Both the position numbers and the translations under genes were made by a program. Below are positions 18,482 through 28,847 of a stretch of DNA of 64,000 bases, one piece after another (position 1 is the stretch's first letter; every line of letters begins with the position of its first letter). This DNA is from Candidatus Micrarchaeota archaeon (GTDB lineage Archaea > Micrarchaeota > Micrarchaeia > Anstonellales > Bilamarchaeaceae). Location: positions 59,337 through 123,336 of the forward strand of contig JBBSVN010000010.1 in the NCBI GenBank assembly GCA_038046765.1, in the 5' to 3' direction. The notes under the pieces are model-generated. The model made no database searches. It was given only the letters and a program-made list of their open reading frames with translations, and was not told the origin of the DNA.

Positions 18482-20251
18482 CTACAATCTAAATTTTATG
18501 AATATCAAATAAAGAATAACTACGCTTGTTAATAGCACTATTGGAGCTACAATCTTTGCAACTGCAACAACTGCATTAACTGTTGAAACCAGTTCTATTG
18601 ATTGTTTTGCCCCTATTACTTTTATATCTATCCATTTTTTATCTGCATAAAACTTTGCTTTGCTTATATCTTTGTTTGCTTTTAGTGTAAGTTCTTTTAT
18701 CGTATGCAGTAATTCAACGCTTTCTTTTGCGGGGTTTAAAACTCCCTTAACTACGTTTGCCTGGTGAGTGTCGGTTGTGAAAACGGCTGCATGCCATTTC
18801 TCTTTCATGTGTTTTCCAATCGACTCCATTTCCTTAATTATTTTTTCCCTAAATTCGGGGGTAATTCCATTTGAGTCTAGCCAAATCATTACGTACTTTG
18901 GTTTTGTACTTATTATTGCAACTTTTATTCCGGCTTTACCAAACTCGTTAAATGTTACGCTAGTTTGTGATACTCCAATTTCAAGTTCGCTTTTTTCTAG
19001 CTTCTTATTTATTGCCTCATCTACTGCCCCCATGTAATTAAATCCTATTTCGCTTCCCGCTTCAAAGCTCACTACTTCTCCAGTTTCTGCATTATGCTGA
19101 TCTACAACTGTCGCTTCCTTGTAAATTGCCTGTGCTTGTTGTATCATTGCTAAACCTAATCCAAAATGTACATCTTCGGTTACAAGAGGTGCACGAGTTA
19201 AACTTATGAATGCGTTATTATCAAAACAAAGTGCTTCTGCAGAGCATTCTTTTTGTTTGCCAATTGCTAAACTCACGTTAGTCTTCTCATACTTTGCCTG
19301 GCCTAGAATTTCTTTACACATTTTAAGTATTTTTTCAATTTCAGTTGCTGCTACTGGATTTAAGTCGTGAGTAACTGTTGGATGAAAAACAAATGTTGTC
19401 GCATTATATTCTTTAGATAATTTATCTGATAATAAATAACTAAACTCACTTCCCCCTAAGTTTCCAAATGGTCCAAAATGAACATAAGGAGATACAAAAA
19501 GTACCTTGTCGTTTTCTCTTTGAAATGAATAAACTGAAATTAATGTCTTAACGTTTTCTCCTAGGTTGTCCATAGTCTTTTCCATATTGTTGTCCTTGTA
19601 GAGCCACTGTGCAACTATTAATGAAAATGCGTCTGTGCTGTTTATTCCAAAGCTTCTTCTCATTGGTGCGTTTACAATCATAAAAAATATGTACAAACCT
19701 AGTAGAAGTAGAAATGCTGCAAAATAAAACCTAAAGAGGTAGCCTCCTAAGTCCGATGAAAAAGAATTCCTGGAAAAGTTTATGAAAAACATCAGGTGAA
19801 AGAATAGCTGCAGGACTGCAAAAAGAAAACTTCTGAATTTTAAAATAAATATTAGTTTTGCAATTGCGTACCATAAAACAAAAACAAGTGCTGCTCCTAT
19901 AATTATTATTATCTGTCCGTAAATCGCATCATATTTGGATACAAAAAATCCAGCGAGGTATGTTATTGCGTATATTATTTCTCCAGCTAACGCCGTAACC
20001 AATATCCTTCTAAAAAACATCTTTCTTAGCATGATTTTTATAACTGTTGCTGTAAGTAGTGATGGCAAGGCAACTAATAAAATTCCATCTATAAATCCAT
20101 TTGTCAGTATGTTTAGTCCACTGTAAGTCTGGACATCTATTAAAATTCCAAAAATTATTCCAAGTAAGACTATTGCTACAATTAAGTACTTTGAACTTGG
20201 AAGTGAATGAAAATAATCTGTAATGCTTAATGCTTTTTCTACGTTTCCCAT
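18482..20251 (-). CDS. DUF2070-family membrane protein
   Basis: N-terminal TM bundle followed by HFGPFG.LGGS, THD.N, DQHN, DSNG and TTDTH motifs. Confidence 0.88.
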   Translation of the reverse strand: MGNVEKALSITDYFHSLPSSKYLIVAIVLLGIIFGILIDVQTYSGLNILTNGFIDGILLVALPSLLTATVIKIMLRKMFFRRILVTALAGEIIYAITYLAGFFVSKYDAIYGQIIIIIGAALVFVLWYAIAKLIFILKFRSFLFAVLQLFFHLMFFINFSRNSFSSDLGGYLFRFYFAAFLLLLGLYIFFMIVNAPMRRSFGINSTDAFSLIVAQWLYKDNNMEKTMDNLGENVKTLISVYSFQRENDKVLFVSPYVHFGPFGNLGGSEFSYLLSDKLSKEYNATTFVFHPTVTHDLNPVAATEIEKILKMCKEILGQAKYEKTNVSLAIGKQKECSAEALCFDNNAFISLTRAPLVTEDVHFGLGLAMIQQAQAIYKEATVVDQHNAETGEVVSFEAGSEIGFNYMGAVDEAINKKLEKSELEIGVSQTSVTFNEFGKAGIKVAIISTKPKYVMIWLDSNGITPEFREKIIKEMESIGKHMKEKWHAAVFTTDTHQANVVKGVLNPAKESVELLHTIKELTLKANKDISKAKFYADKKWIDIKVIGAKQSIELVSTVNAVVAVAKIVAPIVLLTSVVILYLIFIKFRL

Positions 20252-20284
20252 ACCTTTTATTTACTTCCCCTACATATTTAAACT

Positions 20285-21007
20285 ATGATAATCTGTCCAA
20301 AATGTGGTATTACTAATGATAAGGTTCAATTTGTAAATGCTTTTTGCATAAACTGTACTAAAGAAACGGTTAATGTTACTTGTCAGGAAAAATTCGAGTA
20401 TCAAAAATGTAAATTCTGCGACAATGTTTTTTTCCGAGGAAAATGGGTTCCTTGGGATGCAAAAACCGAACATGAAATGGAAAAATCTATCCTTAGCAAA
20501 TGCAAATACAAAGATGGTATAATTCGTGGTACTTACGATCGGGCACATTCTCTTGCTGTATTATATCTTAATGTCGCAAGAGAACAAGTTCGCGTTGAGC
20601 GAAAAATTGAAGTTGAGGTCAAAATTTCTACTTGTGTCGATTGTTCAAGAATGTCTGGGGGATATTTTGAAGCTATAATTCAGCTTCGTGGGAACAAAGA
20701 TAAGATTGAAAAAAATATTAAGCGGCTTCAAGTCTTGCTTGGAAAACAAGTTGTTAAAATTGACCAGCTTAAGGAAGGAGTTGACCTTTATGTAATGTCA
20801 ACAAGGGAAACTGGAGCTGCTTTATCAAAAGCGCGGTTACCATTTAATACTTCTAAAAGCTTATACGGCGAAAAACAGGGAAAAAGAATCTATCGAACTA
20901 CTTTTGCAGTAAGACTTGCTGACCCGGTTAAAAAAGAAATACCAGTAGAAGAAACGATACAAGAAACTAATCCAGAAGATGATGGAGACAATGATGACGA
21001 AGATTAA
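20285..21007 (+). CDS. nmd3: NMD3-family ribosome biogenesis protein
   Basis: Four CxxC pairs and C..CSR..GGYFEAIIQLR. Confidence 0.9.
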   Translation: MIICPKCGITNDKVQFVNAFCINCTKETVNVTCQEKFEYQKCKFCDNVFFRGKWVPWDAKTEHEMEKSILSKCKYKDGIIRGTYDRAHSLAVLYLNVAREQVRVERKIEVEVKISTCVDCSRMSGGYFEAIIQLRGNKDKIEKNIKRLQVLLGKQVVKIDQLKEGVDLYVMSTRETGAALSKARLPFNTSKSLYGEKQGKRIYRTTFAVRLADPVKKEIPVEETIQETNPEDDGDNDDED

Positions 21008-21151
21008 GATAAAAACGATTAATTGTGTCTATTTCTTCAACCCGAGTTTATGATCTCTGTTCTGATCTTCTGTTGCACAGACTAAAAACTCTGATTGCAC
21101 TTTATCCGGAGAGACCAAAGAAAAGGTAACTATTATTTTATATCCTAAAGT

Positions 21152-22378
21152 TTATGCCATCTTTAGTTGTGCTCTTGCTGCTGCAAGTTCATTTGGCATT
21201 ATTTTCTCTTCTATCTGATCCAAAATTGATGCAGTAAGAACTAGTTTAGTAGCATTCTGCACAGCAACCGAACTATTAGAAACAGAAAAACTACTCGATT
21301 TAGCGCTATTAGTTTTAACTTCAACTCCGTTCGTTAAAGGTGCTAGAAAAACAGGTGCATAATCTTTAACAGATTGTTTAAATTCAACTGTTCCAGATAA
21401 TTTTATTGGATCTACGCTATGTAAAGCACATAAATAAACTGCATTATCTAAAATATCGCTGGTTCTTAAGTTAATTTCTTTATTTAGTTTCACTTCTTTT
21501 TCACTAAGTTCTTCTTTCTTTTCTTTTTCCTCTTTTTTAGAAATATTTCCTTTTGCCTTCTCTTCTTCTAATTCTCTTTTTGCAGTTTCAATTGTCTCCT
21601 GTTTTTTAATAAATTCTTTCTTAAAAAGGTCAAATTTAGAAGTAACTCCAAAGCTTTCAACAAGGTCTTTTATATGCTGAACTATGCTTTGCTGTGCCAT
21701 TTGCATGACAAATGTTGCATCTAGTGCGGTAGCTTCTGCCTCTTTTCTTAATGAAAGTGTTGATGCATCAAGGAAACTATTTGCTAAAGCAAGTGCACCT
21801 GCTGAAAATCCAGCGATTTTTGCAGCACTAAAAATATCTTCTTTTTCTTTTTCATTTCTTGCAAGAGCTCCTCTATAAATCGCATAACTTTTTTGAGCTT
21901 CTACGTCCTCTCCAAGATTTGCTTTTCTTGATTTTAAAATTGAAACCCTTTCTTTTGTTACATCATCTCCTTTCTTTCCTTTTATCGCAACGTCTTCTCT
22001 TTGTTGGTCATCTTTAGCCTTACGAGCCCGTGCTTCTTCTTGACGCATATTTTCTTCTACTGATTTAATAAATGATTCCCATAATTTAGCATCAAAATGC
22101 GCACCGTCAAGTACTGCAATGGTTATTGCTTTAAATGCCTCTGAATCCTTTTGTTTGGTTTGAATTAGACGACTTGATGCCTGTTCGTAGGTTTCTCCTT
22201 TTTGTGTTTTATTTTCGTGAAGAAACGCATCTAGTTTTTTATCAGAAGTAGAAATATTTTGATGAGAAAGTTCGGTTGTTCTATCGCTTATAGCTAACCT
22301 AAATTTTTTTTCTTCTCTTTTTAATTCTTCTACCGAGTTTGAAGTTTCTGAATCTTTACCTTTAAAAGACATTGCCAT
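21152..22378 (-). CDS. hypothetical coiled-coil protein
   Basis: 408-aa K/E/A-rich ORF. Confidence 0.7.
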   Translation of the reverse strand: MAMSFKGKDSETSNSVEELKREEKKFRLAISDRTTELSHQNISTSDKKLDAFLHENKTQKGETYEQASSRLIQTKQKDSEAFKAITIAVLDGAHFDAKLWESFIKSVEENMRQEEARARKAKDDQQREDVAIKGKKGDDVTKERVSILKSRKANLGEDVEAQKSYAIYRGALARNEKEKEDIFSAAKIAGFSAGALALANSFLDASTLSLRKEAEATALDATFVMQMAQQSIVQHIKDLVESFGVTSKFDLFKKEFIKKQETIETAKRELEEEKAKGNISKKEEKEKKEELSEKEVKLNKEINLRTSDILDNAVYLCALHSVDPIKLSGTVEFKQSVKDYAPVFLAPLTNGVEVKTNSAKSSSFSVSNSSVAVQNATKLVLTASILDQIEEKIMPNELAAARAQLKMA

Positions 22379-22422
22379 GATAAAAATTAGAAGATTTAAT
22401 TTAAAAAGCTACTCCTATAAAA

Positions 22423-23133
22423 TTAGAGTTTTGCAAGTGTATCCGCAACTATTCTTCTAGTAGGTTCCGAATCTCCCTGTAGCTTACCTTTAGACAATAA
22501 ATACCCAATATCTAGAACAGGAACTCCTTCCTTTATTTCACCATTTAGTGCATCTAAGGGAATAATTGTAAATTGAACATAGTCACCTACTTGAGGGTCT
22601 TTTCCTTTCTCTACTACTACTTTAACAAAATTTAGATCTTTTCCGTAATAACTCTCTAGTAAACTTAAGTCAATGCCTTTAGCTAGACTCTTACCTTCTA
22701 AATTTACATTAAATATTTTAGGTGCACCACCATTAGCGCACTCTGAGTTTTTACAGATTGTCACTAAACCGTTTAATCCTATTGAACGAACATTAACTAG
22801 ATATGTAAAACGATCTGAACTGTCCAAGCCATCTGCGATAATTTTAGAATCTTTCTTCATTTCAGCTTCTAGTTTCTTTATTTCAGTTACACCTACTTTT
22901 GGTAGTGCTTCTAGTTTTTCTCTAATGCCTGGATCATGTCTTAAAGTAGTAGTTTTATTATTCAAAGCAACAGTAATCTTTCCTTTCTCCTCAGCCCTAG
23001 CAGTTCCGGATAAAGAACCTAATAATAATGAAGTAGTAAGTAGTTTAACTAATGGTCTTTTTGCTACGGCTAATGCGCGTTGCATTCTTGAAGTTTTAAT
23101 TCCTTGACCTTCTAGTTTTTTCATATCTCCCAC
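22423..23133 (-). CDS. hypothetical secreted protein
   Basis: Long basic N-region, hydrophobic core, ARA|EE cleavage site. Confidence 0.65.
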   Translation of the reverse strand: MGDMKKLEGQGIKTSRMQRALAVAKRPLVKLLTTSLLLGSLSGTARAEEKGKITVALNNKTTTLRHDPGIREKLEALPKVGVTEIKKLEAEMKKDSKIIADGLDSSDRFTYLVNVRSIGLNGLVTICKNSECANGGAPKIFNVNLEGKSLAKGIDLSLLESYYGKDLNFVKVVVEKGKDPQVGDYVQFTIIPLDALNGEIKEGVPVLDIGYLLSKGKLQGDSEPTRRIVADTLAKL

Positions 23134-23247
23134 ATCTTACTTAGTTAAACATACTGCCTCATAACTCTATATAAAGATTTGCTTTTTGGTTGAAAGTGAC
23201 GTAATTTAGTTTAGCGAAAGACGTAATGTAATATTTTTAGTACCTTA

Positions 23248-23925
23248 TCATTTTATATCAAATATTTTATCAGATAAAAATAACTCAGACCTAAGTTCTT
23301 TTAAGAACAGTCTTAAAAATTTGTTTCTCTGCTTAGCCATTTCACGAGCTGTTTTAGTATGTAATCTATCAGGTATCTTAAGCAAACGTTCGTAAAAAAG
23401 ATCTAGGGGATAACTAGAAGCATCAGCTTCCCTATTTTCACAAAAAGGATCTAAAGGGTGATAAAATGACCGTTTCATCTGTCCAGCAGAAGAAAACGTC
23501 CTCATTATTGAAATTGCACCAGTGGCTTCAAGTCCATCCGCATCTTGCAATATTTTTGATTCTGAAAGTGTGGGTAAAACTCCTTTTGAAAAGGAACATT
23601 CCAAGATGCATATTTTAATTCTTTCTATTTTTTCCTGTTCAAAACCCATTTCAGAGAGTATCTTCTCTGCAAATTTGGCACTTTCTCCCTGAGATTTATG
23701 CTTTTCAGGATGATTTTTTTGATATACAACTAAATCGTGAAATAGGGCAGCCGGAACAAGAATATCGAGGTCTCCACCTTCTTGTTGCGCAATAACCTCT
23801 ACATTCAGTAAAACCCTATAAGCATGTTCAAAATCATGAGATACATCTTCCATTGCAATTTTATTCTTTGCAATTTTAATTAAATTTTCTCTTAAAGTTG
23901 AATCCATAATATCATCGTTTTTCAT
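23248..23925 (-). CDS. HD-domain phosphohydrolase
   Basis: SHDFEH.YRV, AALFHD, LQDAD.LEA.GA motifs. Confidence 0.92.
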   Translation of the reverse strand: MKNDDIMDSTLRENLIKIAKNKIAMEDVSHDFEHAYRVLLNVEVIAQQEGGDLDILVPAALFHDLVVYQKNHPEKHKSQGESAKFAEKILSEMGFEQEKIERIKICILECSFSKGVLPTLSESKILQDADGLEATGAISIMRTFSSAGQMKRSFYHPLDPFCENREADASSYPLDLFYERLLKIPDRLHTKTAREMAKQRNKFLRLFLKELRSELFLSDKIFDIK

Positions 23926-24607
23926 TTTTTCTTGATATTATCATCACTAGTATTGGAGAAATATGATATAAACTACCATTAAAAATACTATCTAGAAAAC
24001 CCCCAAAAGGCAATCGGATAAACGATGAACCAACTTCTTCCAAATGCCCATTGGTATGTTTAATAATCTCCCTCCACTTTGAATAAGTCCATAAATTCTC
24101 ATCGCCCCTAAGCGTAGAAGAACGACAAAAAAAGGTCGGAACAGAAAAAACACACCTTTTAGCTACCCTCAGACATTCATTTATCATCTGAGCTATTTGG
24201 GCAGGTTCAAAATGTTCTAATACTCCATGAGAAAAAGCTAATTCAAAATAATCATTCTTATATGGCAAATCAAATAGACTAACGTTTGCATAATTTACTC
24301 TTCCACTAAAATAACGATTTAGGGACTTTGCAATTTCTAGAATCCCTGGATCATTATCTATAGCGGTTACTTCATAGCCTTGTCTATTTAGTATTACTGA
24401 ATTAATCGAAGAACCACAGCCTGCTTCAACAATTTTACTTCCAATAGGGGCATGTTTTCTAACATAACGAAATAGGAAATTACTTGCTACACGCTTCTGT
24501 TTTAGGTATTCATCAGGTCCTCCAAAGCAATCAATTCTATCTGAATAATAATCTGACCATGAAGTCAACTTATTCTTATTCTCCCTTTTTTGTTTAGGTA
24601 GTATCAT
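23912..24607 (-). CDS. class I SAM-dependent methyltransferase
   Basis: VEAGCGS, AIDND, FSHGVLEHF motifs. Confidence 0.9.
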   Translation of the reverse strand: MILPKQKRENKNKLTSWSDYYSDRIDCFGGPDEYLKQKRVASNFLFRYVRKHAPIGSKIVEAGCGSSINSVILNRQGYEVTAIDNDPGILEIAKSLNRYFSGRVNYANVSLFDLPYKNDYFELAFSHGVLEHFEPAQIAQMINECLRVAKRCVFSVPTFFCRSSTLRGDENLWTYSKWREIIKHTNGHLEEVGSSFIRLPFGGFLDSIFNGSLYHISPILVMIISRKNEKR

Positions 24608-24652
24608 CCTTCTTCACCTTTTACATTTTAATTAATCATTTACCATACCACG

Positions 24653-24790
24653 TATTTATACTTTTCTTAACAAAAAATGGATAAATAATCATTAAATATA
24701 TAAATAAATGTAAAACTTTTACAAAAAATCAGGCACTTTTTGTGTAATTTATACATTTAAATGTTATAAAAAACGTCTGAAATTGATTTT
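24653..24790 (-). repeat. ~135-bp upstream regulatory block, copy A
   Basis: 24705-24784 matches the reverse complement of 52721-52800 at 69/80 nt with no gaps; looser similarity extends to the TATA box. Confidence 0.85.
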
Positions 24791-24872
24791 AGATCTGGAA
24801 TGCATGGACACTTCAAACAAAAAATCGCTCGAATAAGCGAAGTTTTTTAATTGTAAAATCATTTAGTAAAGC

Positions 24873-27800
24873 ATGCCAGAACCATCTAGGGAAGAACAAT
24901 TAATTACTGTAGCTAAACTTAGGTTAGAGCAAGACGAAAAAGCTAAGAAAGCTGCAGATGCAATATATAAACAATACAAAAAAGACAAAGCAAATAGAGA
25001 TTTTGTAATTCTTTTAAAGACGTTTTATAAAGTGTTAAGGAATCCAGAAAAAGCCTTTGAAATAGAAGAGACGGATTATATCATCGGTCCAGCTTGGAAC
25101 CGATCAAAAATTGAAATTTTTCAAAAAATAGATTTAATAGACAAGGCGATAAAAGCAGGCGCAATAAATCAACTGGAAAATACAGTATACCGAAATGAGT
25201 TTAATAAAATAAAATCGGATTTTCATTTTACTATCGGGGAAATATTTCTTAAAGAAACTAACTTAAGCAAAGCTGAGTTTCATTTTGAAAAAGCTACTGA
25301 AACCTTAATGGAAAAAAGATATTTGGATAGTTACAGAATCTTTGTATTATACTATTGTAAAAACAACACACGAAAGGCATTTGCATTATTAGATAAACTT
25401 GCAAAAAAGTTTCCAGATAAAAATGATTATTGGAACTTACTAAGAGCAGACTTTCTTATTAAGATAAAGGCTTATAAAAAAGCGTTAATAATTCTTGCAA
25501 AAGTAAAAGATTATCCTTACGTTAAGAGTTTTAGACTAGGTATTGCTTACTTGGGTCTTAATAATTTTAAAAATGCAGTTAAACATCTGAGATATTACAG
25601 GATTAACCCGAATAAATTGTACTCATACCCGCCGGATTTAGGACCCTTGCCTTTATTCCAGGGTGTCAAATATTCAACATATCAACATCTGTCAAATTTC
25701 GTTGAGCATAACGAATTAATGAATTTAGGACTATTCATAATATTTGTTGCAAATAAATATTACAAAAATGCGTTTGAATTACTATCAAAAACATCTGTAA
25801 CTTCGAACTCGCCATTTTATTACGAGTTTCTGAACTTACAAGGCATTATGTATTATGGCAAAGGGTATTATCGCTTTGCATTGGAGTCTTTTGAAGAAGC
25901 AATAAAACACTTGGGCAAAAGAACAGATTTACTTTTTAGTCGTGCAGTAGTACTATCAACTCTTAAGGATAAAGATAAAGCAATAAAAGACTTAGAAAAA
26001 GTCTGTAAAGATTTAGGTACAGTAATTCCTGCAAAGGATGAAATTGAAAATTTATTAAAGGATCCGAAATTCCTAATGGAATTAAGCTTCAAAAGCCCAT
26101 TTTTCATTAAAGAAGAACGTAATGCCAGTTCGGATATTCAGGCAAACGAAGAATCAAAACATAATCCAATAGATAGAAGGAAACAATTTATTCTATTTGA
26201 TATTATGGATTCTTTTGATATACCATACTCAAAACATTCTAAATTTGAGGAAATAGGAATAAGAAGATATGATGAAGGAAACTATGATTATGAAGAAGGA
26301 GAATATGCAAATGCGATATTAAGTTATGGAAGTGCATTAGAAATCAATCCAAATATACAGGAGGCATATTTTAATCGTGCACTTGCTATTTTTATGGATG
26401 GCGATAGTAAAAAATCCCTGTCTGATTTTGATGAGTTTTTAAATATAAACAAAAAAGATTATCGCGCATATAACAACAGAGCCTGTATGTATATAGAGGA
26501 AAAAGAGTATAAAAAAGCAGAATGCGACTTAAAAGCTGCAATCGAAATCTGTCCAGATAATCCTTTGATACTTCATAACTTAGGTTTAGTACATTTTTAC
26601 TTAGAAAAAGATGATTCATTAGAAAAATCTTTAGAATATTTTTCCAAAGTAATAGATGTAAAACCAGATTTTTTAGCTAAAACATACTCAGTAAGAGCTC
26701 AGGTTTATGAAAAACTAGGGAAAACGTCTGAAGCATTAAGCGATTATAATACGGCAATAGCACATGACTCATCAAATGAGTGGTACCAGGAACTTAGAGA
26801 TAAAATTAACAAACCAGAAGAAAAACCTAAAGAAGAAATAAAAAATGAAACAAAACAAGAGCAAACGCATGTTGAAGATGAAGAAGATTTTATCACAAGG
26901 TTTATTTCAGTAATAAATGAGGATGTGGTTCAAGTATCTATCTCTGAAGAAGCGAAAGATTTGCCAAAATTAGTTAAAGAAAACATGCCGAAACTGCTTG
27001 AGACTGCAGAATATTTTTACAAATCTAGAAATATCGACCGTGCACTTGAGCTTTATTCCAGTTTGCTTGAAATTGAACAGGATAGTCATCTAATTCACAA
27101 TAATTTAGGATGTTGCTTTTATAGAAAGCAAGATTTTAAAAGTGCAATAAAACACTTTGATAGAACTTACGAGATAAATCCATCATTCAAAGATGCGTTA
27201 TATAATAAAGGACTTTCCTTTGCAAGTATTGAAGAGTATGAGAAATCTATTTTTATTTTTACAAAATTCCTGAAATTTAATAATGATGATTTTAGAGCAC
27301 ACAATTTACTTGCCTTAAGTTATGAATATGCTCATTATTATGATAAGGCTATAGAAAGCTATGAAAAGGTACTTTCCATAAATCCAGACTTTATTGAATC
27401 AAAAACGCATCTGGAATGTGTAAAATCAAAGAAAAGTGAAAATGTTTCCTCAAAAGCTACTAAAACAAATGAAAATGAAAGATTAGTAGAGGAATCAGAT
27501 GTAAGCTATTTCTCACAAATAACCTTTTCAGATGTAGGTGGAATGCAAAACATAAAGAAAAATCTTAATACGAAATTTATCGCTTCTTTAAAAGACAAGG
27601 AAATTGCTAAAAACTATGGCAAAAAATTTGGCGGAGGATTAATTCTTTATGGCCCTCCAGGCTGCGGTAAAAGTTATGTTGTTGAAGCACTTGCAGGAGA
27701 ACTAGAAATTCCTTTTATAAAAATTAGTATCGCAGATATTTTGAACATGTACGTAGGAAATAGTGAAAAAAATCTAAAAAGAATTTTTGAAATTGCAAAA

Positions 27801-28406
27801 AAAAGACAACCAATAATAATATTCTTCGATGAAATTGAAGCATTAGGAGGCAAAAGAGAGGGTATGAATCAGCACTTTGAAAGGACACTTGTAAATCAAT
27901 TTTTGATGGAGATGGATAAAATTGACAAAAATAATGAAAATGTTCTGGTCATTGGAGCTACGAATGAACCGTGGTCTGTGGATCATGCATTAAAAAGAAG
28001 CGGAAGGTTTACGCATAAAGTATTTGTTGAACCCCCTGATCCAGAAGCAAGAAAGGAAATATTTAACTTATATACTAAAAACAGTTCAATGTTAGATCAA
28101 TTAGACTATACTAAATTAGCAGAACTTACCGAAGGTCTTTCTTGCACAAATATCAAATCAATATGCGAAAATGCATTTGATTTTGCATATGAAGAAGCAG
28201 TAGAAAAGAAAATCGAAAAGAAAGTCGATATGAAAGATTTTGAAAAAGCAATCTCAAAAGAACGATCTGATGTAAACGAATGGTTTGAGCAGGCAAAGCA
28301 ATATGCTACCAACAATTTGTTTAGGGAAACGTATAAAGAACTAGTTAAATATTTGGAAAAAGACAAAGCATATTTAGATAACAGGGGAGGCAGTATGTTC
28401 GGCTAA
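24873..28406 (+). CDS. TPR-repeat protein with C-terminal Cdc48/Vps4-type AAA+ ATPase
   Basis: Many TPRs; GPPGCGKS, MYVG pore loop, IFFDE, GATN.PW, RSGRF. Confidence 0.92.
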   Translation: MPEPSREEQLITVAKLRLEQDEKAKKAADAIYKQYKKDKANRDFVILLKTFYKVLRNPEKAFEIEETDYIIGPAWNRSKIEIFQKIDLIDKAIKAGAINQLENTVYRNEFNKIKSDFHFTIGEIFLKETNLSKAEFHFEKATETLMEKRYLDSYRIFVLYYCKNNTRKAFALLDKLAKKFPDKNDYWNLLRADFLIKIKAYKKALIILAKVKDYPYVKSFRLGIAYLGLNNFKNAVKHLRYYRINPNKLYSYPPDLGPLPLFQGVKYSTYQHLSNFVEHNELMNLGLFIIFVANKYYKNAFELLSKTSVTSNSPFYYEFLNLQGIMYYGKGYYRFALESFEEAIKHLGKRTDLLFSRAVVLSTLKDKDKAIKDLEKVCKDLGTVIPAKDEIENLLKDPKFLMELSFKSPFFIKEERNASSDIQANEESKHNPIDRRKQFILFDIMDSFDIPYSKHSKFEEIGIRRYDEGNYDYEEGEYANAILSYGSALEINPNIQEAYFNRALAIFMDGDSKKSLSDFDEFLNINKKDYRAYNNRACMYIEEKEYKKAECDLKAAIEICPDNPLILHNLGLVHFYLEKDDSLEKSLEYFSKVIDVKPDFLAKTYSVRAQVYEKLGKTSEALSDYNTAIAHDSSNEWYQELRDKINKPEEKPKEEIKNETKQEQTHVEDEEDFITRFISVINEDVVQVSISEEAKDLPKLVKENMPKLLETAEYFYKSRNIDRALELYSSLLEIEQDSHLIHNNLGCCFYRKQDFKSAIKHFDRTYEINPSFKDALYNKGLSFASIEEYEKSIFIFTKFLKFNNDDFRAHNLLALSYEYAHYYDKAIESYEKVLSINPDFIESKTHLECVKSKKSENVSSKATKTNENERLVEESDVSYFSQITFSDVGGMQNIKKNLNTKFIASLKDKEIAKNYGKKFGGGLILYGPPGCGKSYVVEALAGELEIPFIKISIADILNMYVGNSEKNLKRIFEIAKKRQPIIIFFDEIEALGGKREGMNQHFERTLVNQFLMEMDKIDKNNENVLVIGATNEPWSVDHALKRSGRFTHKVFVEPPDPEARKEIFNLYTKNSSMLDQLDYTKLAELTEGLSCTNIKSICENAFDFAYEEAVEKKIEKKVDMKDFEKAISKERSDVNEWFEQAKQYATNNLFRETYKELVKYLEKDKAYLDNRGGSMFG

Positions 28407-28600
28407 TCTTTCCTAAAAAACACCATTGAACCAATAACTTTCCTTTTTATTTTTCCCGAGCTTTGAATCTTTTCTATAATTTCAAGATATCTTTTAACTG
28501 TTTTTGCGTTTAGCCTTGTCCCATAAACGATTTGGTACAAACCTACTTTTTTGTTTGTTATGAAGTGAAGAATGATATCGATAATTTTTGAAGCATTCAT
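28403..28600 (-). CDS. small winged-helix protein
   Basis: MNASKII..LYQIVYGTRLNAKTVKRYL HTH pattern; TTTATA box ~25 nt upstream of 28600. Confidence 0.6.
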   Translation of the reverse strand: MNASKIIDIILHFITNKKVGLYQIVYGTRLNAKTVKRYLEIIEKIQSSGKIKRKVIGSMVFFRKD

Positions 28601-28847
28601 AAAATAGTTGGTTATTTTTCTGTATAAATCTTTTGAATAGGTGTGTGTACATTTCACATTGAAAAACTTTTCATACGTAAAAAGGCTTAGTTTTGGTGAA
28701 ATATTGCAGATTTAAGGCTTAAAAACACTAATATTTACTGTTAAATTTCCATATTTTAGTTGATATTTTTTTAGTTCATTTCTCGTAGGTGTTGTTTTTA
28801 ATTTAGTATTTTCACTCATTTTTTCCACCCACGTTCTTCACCAGAGT

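Noticed and set aside
20991..21095. C/D-box-like words (ATGATGA, CTGA) and a 26-35 aa ORF after nmd3
   Set aside because: The C box lies in Asp codons, the spacing is unconvincing and no guide target could be identified.
28403..28819. 35-aa ORF (28712-28819) in frame with the wHTH gene across one TAA, suggesting readthrough
   Set aside because: The wHTH gene has its own TATA box and ATG at 28600, and TAA is used as a normal stop throughout the window.
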